Of a stretch of DNA of 15,910 nt, positions 1-6,515 are shown in pieces. The stretch covers positions 1-15,910 of the IMG/VR virus record IMGVR_UViG_3300006056_000031; one strand, 5' to 3'. This DNA is from a virus. Lineage: Duplodnaviria; Heunggongvirae; Uroviricota; Caudoviricetes. Every line of letters begins with the position of its first letter. Position 1 is the first letter of the stretch. The notes under the pieces were generated by a model. The model was not told the origin of the DNA and ran no database searches. It saw only the letters and a list, made by a program, of their open reading frames with translations. A program made the translations under genes and the position numbers.

Positions 1-1
1 C

Positions 2-103
2 TGCTAACGATTTGCAGCTTGGCGTTCGGTTTTTGGCTTACCGAAATGTTCAAGTTTACCACAATACTAATAGCCAAAAACTGACGCTAAGGTGCTGTTA
101 TAG
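2..103. repeat. attC-like hairpin site 1
   Basis: TGCTAAC (2-8), 5-nt spacer GATTT, left arm GCAGCTTGGCGTTCGGTTTTTGGCT (14-38) complementary to right arm AGCCAAAAACTGACGCTAAGGTGC (72-95) with one extra T in the left arm, then T-GTTATAG (97-103). Confidence 0.85.
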
Positions 104-148
104 CCAGTGCTTTTAATGGAATTATTAACAATTAAACAAATATAAAAA

Positions 149-547
149 ATGGAAAAGATTTTAAGAATTGAAGAAACAACCTTCAAAAAAACAAAAGACG
201 ATTGGCAATCATTTGAAGGTTTCCAAATCATAACGGATTTACAAACTATCCAAATTGGAATTAGCAACGGTCAATCTTGTTGTGAAAATTTTGGATGTAT
301 AATCACCAACGATGAAACCAAAGAATTTATTGGTGCGGAATTAAAGTCATTGGCAATTGTTGATAATGCCTTGAATAATAAAAAGATTGAAGAATTGGAA
401 TATTTGGATAGCGGTGGGGCAATGTTTGTAAATCTTGAAACAAGCGAGGGTTTACTTCAATTCGTTGCCTATAATGCACATAATGGATATTACGGACACG
501 AAGCAGTTTTAGTCAGCAAGCAACTTAATCATGAAGAGGGTCTTTAG
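149..547 (+). CDS. Cassette ORF, hypothetical protein (132 aa, QSCCE motif)
   Basis: ORF with A-rich leader; bounded by inverted repeats 97-110 and 547-560. Confidence 0.85.
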   Translation: MEKILRIEETTFKKTKDDWQSFEGFQIITDLQTIQIGISNGQSCCENFGCIITNDETKEFIGAELKSLAIVDNALNNKKIEELEYLDSGGAMFVNLETSEGLLQFVAYNAHNGYYGHEAVLVSKQLNHEEGL

Positions 548-553
548 CATTGG

Positions 554-685
554 CTATAACGTTATTCAGCTTGTAGTCAGGCGTGGAATAGAAGCGTAAA
601 TTTTCGGATTAGAAACAAGTATTAAAAAACACGCAAGCGATTGGATAAAGCCTAAAGCCACGCTTGCTACAAACTGATGTTAGGC
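554..685. repeat. attC-like hairpin site 2 (132 bp)
   Basis: CTATAAC (554-560), spacer GTTAT, arm TCAGCTTGTAGTCAGGCGTGG (566-586) pairs with CCACGCTTGCTACAAACTGA (658-677) with one extra T, then T-GTTAGGC (679-685). Confidence 0.85.
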
Positions 686-686
686 G

Positions 687-908
687 ATGTATTTTATTAT
701 GAGTATTTTAGAAGCAGGAACAGAAATTAAAGAAAAACCAACAGTAGGTCAAGAATTTATGGAATGGGCTGAACAGTATTGGTTATTAGACAAATTAGTT
801 AAAATTGAAAAACCTGACGAGTTTGCAGGAGAAAAATGTGATTATGATTATATGCGTAATATTTTCATTGAAAAGATAAACGGAATTATTAAAGACAGGT
901 TGGGTTAA
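687..908 (+). CDS. Cassette ORF, hypothetical protein (start 687 or 699)
   Basis: 73 aa ORF bounded by inverted repeats 679-693 and 907-921; no recognisable domain. Confidence 0.75.
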   Translation: MYFIMSILEAGTEIKEKPTVGQEFMEWAEQYWLLDKLVKIEKPDEFAGEKCDYDYMRNIFIEKINGIIKDRLG

Positions 909-914
909 TATATC

Positions 915-1046
915 GCCTAACGATTCTCGGCTTTGTTTAGTGCGGGATTATGAAAACGAAATTATCAACTTAAAAATAAATTACAATGGAAAAAGAAAAT
1001 TTGAATGAAGCAGAAAAACCCGCATTGAACAAAACCGATGTTAGCA
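915..1046. repeat. attC-like hairpin site 3 (132 bp)
   Basis: GCCTAAC (915-921), spacer GATTC, arm TCGGCTTTGTTTAGTGCGGG (927-946) pairs with CCCGCATTGAACAAAACCGA (1019-1038), then T-GTTAGCA (1040-1046). Confidence 0.85.
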
Positions 1047-1177
1047 GTAGTGCCAAACGCAGAAATGAAATAACAAAGATACTATATCGAAATTCAACTG
1101 ATGATTCAGAGTGTATGAGAATTAGATTTGAGGACATTCAAAATATAATTGACTTGCTGAATGATTTATACGACTAA
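986..1177 (+). CDS. Cassette ORF, hypothetical protein starting inside hairpin site 3
   Basis: ATG 986 lies in the hairpin loop after an A-rich leader; the right arm and core encode PALNKTDVSSSA; stop abuts inverted repeat 1178-1192. Confidence 0.7.
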   Translation: MEKENLNEAEKPALNKTDVSSSAKRRNEITKILYRNSTDDSECMRIRFEDIQNIIDLLNDLYD

Positions 1178-1185
1178 GGCATTAC

Positions 1186-1317
1186 TGCTAACGGACTGCG
1201 TGTATAAGAAGTGGCGTAGAACTTACCAAAACATTACAAAAATTAACGAATTATAAATTAATAAATAACCAATCCAAAAATGCCGATAGTAGCCATTTTT
1301 TATACCCGCTGTTATCT
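1186..1317. repeat. attC-like hairpin site 4 (132 bp)
   Basis: TGCTAAC (1186-1192), spacer GGACT, arm GCGTGTATAAGAAGTGGC (1198-1215) pairs with GCCATTTTTTATACCCGC (1292-1309), then T-GTTATCT (1311-1317). Confidence 0.85.
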
Positions 1318-1346
1318 TTCAGTTGCGGGTTTTAAAACAAAACAAT

Positions 1347-1535
1347 ATGACAGTAAAAAATCTAATTAAGGAACTTCTTGATTATAATATGGATGCAGAA
1401 GTTCAAGTAATTGCACATTGCCAAAAGTATGATTATAGCATAACTATTGGAGGTTCAGAAGGAGTTGAAAAGAACAACACTAAAGAAGTTTCTTTTTATG
1501 TTGATGAATTGTGTAATAATGAAAATATAAATTAA
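1347..1535 (+). CDS. Cassette ORF, hypothetical protein (MTVKNLIKELLDY...)
   Basis: ATG 1347 after an A-rich leader is preferred over the TTG at 1323, which lies inside the inverted repeat. Confidence 0.75.
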   Translation: MTVKNLIKELLDYNMDAEVQVIAHCQKYDYSITIGGSEGVEKNNTKEVSFYVDELCNNENIN

Positions 1536-1536
1536 A

Positions 1537-1713
1537 ATGAAAGTTAATAAATTGGAAATTGGTAAAAACTATTACCATGGTAATTGCAAAAAGAAATTTA
1601 AGTGTGTAGAATTAAATACAAACATTGATGAAAACCAATCTGATTTTGTTGATTATAAAAAAACATTACACAGGTTTTACAATGACGATATGTACTTAAA
1701 TAAGCAAATGTAG
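1537..1713 (+). CDS. Second ORF of the last cassette, hypothetical protein (58 aa; absent from ORF track)
   Basis: Manual translation MKVNKLEIGKNYYHGNCKKKFKCVELNTNIDENQSDFVDYKKTLHRFYNDDMYLNKQM*; starts 1 nt after the previous stop, and its TAG overlaps inverted repeat 1713-1727. Confidence 0.7.
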   Translation: MKVNKLEIGKNYYHGNCKKKFKCVELNTNIDENQSDFVDYKKTLHRFYNDDMYLNKQM

Positions 1714-1720
1714 CAATTGA

Positions 1721-1778
1721 AGATAACTATTATATATACGCAACTTTTTATAAAACATCAATTATCAATAAGTTATAT
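1721..1778. other. Integrase-proximal att-like site without hairpin (candidate attI equivalent)
   Basis: AGATAAC (1721-1727) ... GTTATAT (1772-1778), only 58 bp, no long internal stem, ends 1 nt before the integrase ATG at 1780. Confidence 0.55.
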
Positions 1779-1779
1779 T

Positions 1780-2583
1780 ATGAAAAATCAAAAAATTATA
1801 AAGATTTGCGAAGGAAAGTTTATATATCTAAACTACTCGTCTAGAACAAGAGACAACTACTTATCCCATATAAAGCATTTTTTAGAAAGTCTAGGTGATA
1901 AACAAATTATACATTGTAATTCTTCTGATTTTCAATCTTACTTGGAAACTTATAACTTCACTTCAGTATCACAACAAAATCAAGTAATCAATGCTATTAA
2001 GTTTTTATATAGAGAAGTATTATGTAAAAAATACGACAAAGTCTCATTCAAAAGACCCAAAGCAGAAAAGAAACTACCTAGAGTTATTGATGGTGATTTT
2101 ATCAAACAGCAGCTTTCAAAGATAAAAAACCTAAAACACAAAACAATACTAACCTTAACATACTCAGTAGGATTGAGGGTGTCGGAAGTTGTTAATTTAA
2201 AAATTGAGGATATTGATTCTAAAAGGATGTTGATTCATATTAAAAACGCAAAAGGGAGAAAGGACAGAATTGTACCTCTTTCCCAAAACGTCCTAGAAAT
2301 ACTCAGGGTGTATTACCAACAATATAAACCAAATCAATTTTTATTCAATGGTCAAAATTCAATACAGTATTCAATAGGTAGTTGTCAAAAAATCTACAAA
2401 AAATATATAGATTCTAATTCATCAATACACACTCTAAGACATTCTTCCTTTACTAATCTACTTGAATCGGGTACAGATTTAAGGATAATACAAAAAATAG
2501 CAGGGCATTCCTCCTCAAAGACTACCGAAATCTACACACACGTTTCTAACAATCTACTTAGTAAGATTAAACTACCAATATAA
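1780..2583 (+). CDS. Tyrosine recombinase/integrase (integron-integrase/Xer-like, no IntI insertion)
   Basis: Catalytic set GLR, KGRKDR, HTLRH, AGH, TEIYTHV intact; N-terminal SAM-like helical domain (QNQVINAIKFLY). ATG 1780 preferred to TTG 1717. Confidence 0.95.
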   Translation: MKNQKIIKICEGKFIYLNYSSRTRDNYLSHIKHFLESLGDKQIIHCNSSDFQSYLETYNFTSVSQQNQVINAIKFLYREVLCKKYDKVSFKRPKAEKKLPRVIDGDFIKQQLSKIKNLKHKTILTLTYSVGLRVSEVVNLKIEDIDSKRMLIHIKNAKGRKDRIVPLSQNVLEILRVYYQQYKPNQFLFNGQNSIQYSIGSCQKIYKKYIDSNSSIHTLRHSSFTNLLESGTDLRIIQKIAGHSSSKTTEIYTHVSNNLLSKIKLPI

Positions 2584-4025
2584 TGACCACAAAGAAAAAG
2601 AAAAAACCAATAGTTGATGTAGATGTTCTTAATTCTGACCAAAAGGAAGCTTTTGAGGAATTAAGGGACTTTATATGCGACAGGGATGATGAGAATGTTT
2701 ATGTCCTCAAAGGATGGGCAGGTACAGGTAAGACCTTCTGTATAAGTATTCTTGTTAGATACATTCTGGAGGTGGTTCATCCCAAGAGTGCTTGGTATAA
2801 AATTGCTGTGACCGGACCAACTAATAAATCGGTTCGTGTTATAAAAAAAACTAGCAATCTAAGAAATCCAAGAGTTACTTTTCAAACCATACATAAACTT
2901 CTTGGTCTAACTGAGAAGATAACCAATGACGGACAACAAGTTTTTGTGAATCAGGAAAAAAACTTCAAACCACAGATCAACTCAATTAAGCTTCTAATTA
3001 TAGATGAGGTTTCCATGCTTAATGATGATCTTTTTCACGAGATCCTAAAATATAGAGACAAGCTAAAGATTATATGTATGGGAGATCCTGCACAGATACC
3101 CCCAGTTGGTAAACCTGATTGCATTCCATTTAGAGACGAGTTAGCAGATTCTTACGGGATAAAAACACTGCAACTCAAAAAGATAATGAGACAGAAGGAA
3201 GGTAATGCCATCATAGATGCATCTGTACTTATCCGGGAAGATCTTTGGTCGGAAAGAAATCCGGTTAATCCTGTCACCTCCTTAAATTCACTTGGTGAGG
3301 GTGTTGAATTTCTAAACCTTAATGATGGTGAAACAAGGAAGGGATTTGGTGATATACTTGCCAAATATTTTAAATCCGAAGAATTCAAAGGTGATTCAGA
3401 ATACTGTAAGATTATAGCATGGAGAAACAAGACCGTTTCCAGTATGAATAACATTGTTAGAAGGATCATATTTGGCGAGGATGAATGTAGAACCAAGATA
3501 CTTGTTGGTGAAAAACTAATTGCCAATTCCCCTGTTATAATACAGGGAAATCTTGTATTATTTAATACGAACGATGAGTTCTCAGTTGAGTCTACCAAAA
3601 TAAAGGAGATGAATATGGTTCTAAAAACATTCTTGCCACCTATAGAGGTGAAACTCAAGTTCTATGATGCGGTAGTTACGTATCTTGACGATGAGGACGA
3701 AATTGAAAAAACCTCCATAGAAATACTGCACGAGGATAGCGAAGCTGAATTTTCCAAAATAGCAAATCTTCTTAAGCTGAAGGCCATAGAAAAGAAGGGC
3801 AGGGACAAAAGCTGGATTGACTATTATGATTTTCTAAGAAACTTTGCTGATGTAAATTTTGGGTATTGCATCACCGCGCATAAATCGCAGGGGAGTACTT
3901 ATAACACATCTTTTGTGCTGGAGGATGATATAGATCAGAACTATAATGTGGTTGAGAGAAACCGAATCAAATACACTGCTTATACAAGATCGAGCAAAAA
4001 AGTCTACGTTTTGAAAAGATTTTAA
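2583..4025 (+). CDS. SF1B DNA helicase, T4 Dda/RecD2-like
   Basis: Walker A GWAGTGKT, Walker B LIIDEVSM, GDPAQIPPV, IMRQ, ITAHKSQGST, YTAYTR motifs. Confidence 0.9.
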   Translation: MTTKKKKKPIVDVDVLNSDQKEAFEELRDFICDRDDENVYVLKGWAGTGKTFCISILVRYILEVVHPKSAWYKIAVTGPTNKSVRVIKKTSNLRNPRVTFQTIHKLLGLTEKITNDGQQVFVNQEKNFKPQINSIKLLIIDEVSMLNDDLFHEILKYRDKLKIICMGDPAQIPPVGKPDCIPFRDELADSYGIKTLQLKKIMRQKEGNAIIDASVLIREDLWSERNPVNPVTSLNSLGEGVEFLNLNDGETRKGFGDILAKYFKSEEFKGDSEYCKIIAWRNKTVSSMNNIVRRIIFGEDECRTKILVGEKLIANSPVIIQGNLVLFNTNDEFSVESTKIKEMNMVLKTFLPPIEVKLKFYDAVVTYLDDEDEIEKTSIEILHEDSEAEFSKIANLLKLKAIEKKGRDKSWIDYYDFLRNFADVNFGYCITAHKSQGSTYNTSFVLEDDIDQNYNVVERNRIKYTAYTRSSKKVYVLKRF

Positions 4026-4078
4026 TTTGGTGAATAGTGAGAATGTTACAGCAATTCAACGGTAGCGGGAATATGCTA

Positions 4079-5011
4079 TTATCTCTTTTGGTTTTGAGCC
4101 ACTAATTGTTGTAGCTTTTTTATATTTTGAGATTCCTGAGAATATTGATTTTGATATTGTTTTGTTTGGAATTCTCTTGGTACGATATTACCAGGTCTCC
4201 ATCCTTTATCCCAAGATTGATTTAATAACTTGTTATCTTCCTTGGTTCCATTGCTACCAAAAGAAATTTTTACTAAATCCCAATCATACCCTTCAGATTC
4301 CGATTTAGTTTTTGGTGTATCTTTTTGTGCATGGTCATATCCCTTAGAATATCCAACACCGGCAGCTCCATATGCTGCGATTGGTTTAGCTACGTTTTTA
4401 AATGATTTTGCTACACCTTGTTTTTTTAAAGTTCCCTTAGCCGCTTTAGTCCCAGATTTAATAGTTGCTGATTCTCCAATTTTTTTCATTTCCGACTGTA
4501 TCAATTTTCTATGCTGTGTAATTTTGCTCACAACTTCCAATTCAGCGGATTGTAATTTTTTACCGAGTGATATTTTTTTTCCAATTTCCCCCAGAGCTTT
4601 TTGTCCCCATTTGGATAGTCCCACTTTACTTGCTAATCCATCAATAGCTGGAATCAAAGAAAAGAGTGCAATCAATCCTGCTGTTTTTTTATCCCCCTCA
4701 TTATAGTATAATTTGGCATCATATAATGCAATACTAGTGGAAAGTAAAGGCCCGACGAAAGGAATAAAAGCGGTTCCAATTTCTAGAATTGTTAAAATTT
4801 TATGTTTATCCTTTGGATTATAGAACCCATTAACCGATACTCCCGCTGGTTCATTTTTAATTCCACCCTCTTCCTCATAATCATTACTTCTTTTCTCTTC
4901 ATCTTTAGTGCGTTTTCTGTGTGGATATAATTTATCATCTTCAGGGTCAAATTCAGGGTCGGATTTTTCAAGTAAACCCTCATATTGTGTTAATGTCATT
5001 ACATGTTTCAT
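4079..5011 (-). CDS. Hypothetical protein with hydrophobic hairpin; putative virion/ejected protein
   Basis: Long ORF, ATG 5011 (MKHVMTLTQYEGLLE) preferred to TTG 5020; apolar segment ILEIGTAFIPFVGPLLSTSIALYDA...AGLIALFSLIP. Confidence 0.7.
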   Translation of the reverse strand: MKHVMTLTQYEGLLEKSDPEFDPEDDKLYPHRKRTKDEEKRSNDYEEEGGIKNEPAGVSVNGFYNPKDKHKILTILEIGTAFIPFVGPLLSTSIALYDAKLYYNEGDKKTAGLIALFSLIPAIDGLASKVGLSKWGQKALGEIGKKISLGKKLQSAELEVVSKITQHRKLIQSEMKKIGESATIKSGTKAAKGTLKKQGVAKSFKNVAKPIAAYGAAGVGYSKGYDHAQKDTPKTKSESEGYDWDLVKISFGSNGTKEDNKLLNQSWDKGWRPGNIVPREFQTKQYQNQYSQESQNIKKLQQLVAQNQKR

Positions 5012-5020
5012 AATATGCAA

Positions 5021-5974
5021 TTATTTTGTGGATGACCAAAAATTCTTCCCATTCGCATACATACTATTACCATCTGTAGGAAATATGGAATTTAGATTAT
5101 CTTCAACTGATTTTGAAGGGATCGGAAAAGCTGTGGTTTTACCTCTTTCATTCATATATTTCTTAATTATTTCATTTGGCCTATTAAAACCCCCCCAATA
5201 GTTGTTTGTTACCGCGTCAACCACATCCCTGTCTGTTTTTACTATTTCCCTGCTATTTGGATTATCTGGTAAAATCTCCTTCATTCTTTTATATAAGATT
5301 TTAAGATATTCCTTTGTTTCTGGTAACATTTTATTAAAGATGTCGTCTGTTATTACACTATGCCTTTTACCCTTAGACTCGTAAAATTTTTGGTCAAGCC
5401 AACCCGCAAGTTTAAAACTTTCATCCCCCCCAGCCATTTTAAATGAACCCGTGCCAATCGCTCCCGCAGTGGATGCTACCGGTTTAGTGGATGTTTTATT
5501 TGCTGTTTTTGTGGCTATTTTACCACCACCATTTTCAAGCCTAGTTATTATACCATCCAACAACTTCTCAATATTTCCTCTAAAATTTGAACCATTATGG
5601 AATTTTTCAGGTAGTAAATTTAGGTATTCATCCATATTAGATTTGGTAATCTTACCAGCTAATGCTAAATCCAAAATTGACTTTATTGTTGATGTTGGTA
5701 TCTCCACACCAATTGAGGATCTTAGATATTGTTGTCCTGATTTGGTTATAAGAACTTTCTCGGTTGCTGATGTAATTTGAGCAAAAAAACTCTCTATATT
5801 GTCAATCTTATCCGCAAAGATTCTCTCTAATTTTTTAGCAGTTTGCGCACCAAATAGTTTCATCAGTGTGGATGCTAATTCTTCAAGCAACAAATTATAC
5901 TCAGATTCCCGAACTAGGTAGGATTCATTTACGTAATTTTGAAAATTATAAATTTTAGTATTCACCATGGACAT
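5021..5974 (-). CDS. Hypothetical protein, putative virion protein
   Basis: 317 aa ORF, preceded by GATATATA motif; no recognisable catalytic motif. Confidence 0.75.
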   Translation of the reverse strand: MSMVNTKIYNFQNYVNESYLVRESEYNLLLEELASTLMKLFGAQTAKKLERIFADKIDNIESFFAQITSATEKVLITKSGQQYLRSSIGVEIPTSTIKSILDLALAGKITKSNMDEYLNLLPEKFHNGSNFRGNIEKLLDGIITRLENGGGKIATKTANKTSTKPVASTAGAIGTGSFKMAGGDESFKLAGWLDQKFYESKGKRHSVITDDIFNKMLPETKEYLKILYKRMKEILPDNPNSREIVKTDRDVVDAVTNNYWGGFNRPNEIIKKYMNERGKTTAFPIPSKSVEDNLNSIFPTDGNSMYANGKNFWSSTK

Positions 5975-5985
5975 TTTTATTTTAT

Positions 5986-5993
5986 TATATATC
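5986..5993 (-). promoter_or_regulatory. GATATATA motif, candidate late promoter
   Basis: 11 nt upstream of ATG 5974; same octamer precedes genes at 9886 and 14883. Confidence 0.4.
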
Positions 5994-6027
5994 CTCCAAA
6001 TTATTTTTATATCTCGAAAGAATTTAT

Positions 6028-6035
6028 TATATTTG
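6028..6035 (+). promoter_or_regulatory. Bacteroidota-type -7 promoter box TAnnTTTG
   Basis: TATATTTG in the divergent intergenic region, 18 nt upstream of ATG 6054; no clear -33 TTTG seen. Confidence 0.55.
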
Positions 6036-6053
6036 CAATATAAAAATCAAGAG

Positions 6054-6515
6054 ATGGATAAGGAATTACAAGAATCCGAAAATAGAGCATTGAATTACAT
6101 AAGATCAACTAAGGAATACTCTGATCTGAATTTTCAAGACAACAATAGTAAAATATGGGTTGCTCATAATTCTCTAATTTCAGCTGCCAAAATATACATC
6201 ATTGACAATTACAAATCCATTGATGACTACATGGATCTGGATCTTATATTAAGAAGCGGTGCAACCGGGAAGAGATTCTATTTTGGTCCAAAAAGAAACA
6301 GAAATGTTTCAAGATCAAAGGAGTTGACCAGAATATTAAAAGATCTAGATAACCAAACTATAGTTATAGAAAGCTTTGATGAAGCGATCTATGATTGGTC
6401 AGATGGGGATTTTTCGGTAGTATTCAACGGAGAATCATACAATTGGATAGATGATGATTCGGTTATAAGTATAGCGTCTTATATAGAAAAAAAGTTAGAA
6501 GAAAATGAGATATAA
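6054..6515 (+). CDS. Hypothetical protein
   Basis: ATG 6054 chosen because it follows the promoter box; track start 5967 overlaps the divergent gene. Confidence 0.8.
   Translation: MDKELQESENRALNYIRSTKEYSDLNFQDNNSKIWVAHNSLISAAKIYIIDNYKSIDDYMDLDLILRSGATGKRFYFGPKRNRNVSRSKELTRILKDLDNQTIVIESFDEAIYDWSDGDFSVVFNGESYNWIDDDSVISIASYIEKKLEENEI

Noticed and set aside
67-267. Minus-strand ORF 66 aa
   Set aside because: Antisense shadow of 149-547 running into a hairpin site.
554-1317. Hairpins as rho-independent terminators
   Set aside because: Loops are about 70 nt long, there are no U-tracts, and the conserved AAC/GTT cores point to recombination sites.
1-1727. CRISPR array or simple direct-repeat family
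   Set aside because: Sites share structure, not sequence, and the intervening units are 150-460 bp gene-bearing segments; no cas genes are visible.
1-2583. Canonical class 1-3 or chromosomal integron
   Set aside because: The integrase lacks the IntI insertion, is downstream and co-oriented, and the hairpin spacer geometry differs.
3152-3658. Minus-strand ORF 168 aa
   Set aside because: Antisense shadow inside the helicase; Ser/Ile/Phe-rich with no motifs.
4026-4078. Terminator between convergent genes
   Set aside because: Only a weak TAGCG/TGCTA pairing found; not convincing.
4230-5780. ORFs 4230-4706, 4792-4983, 4908-5201, 5202-5384, 5451-5780
   Set aside because: Shadows or alternate frames of the two long minus-strand genes.
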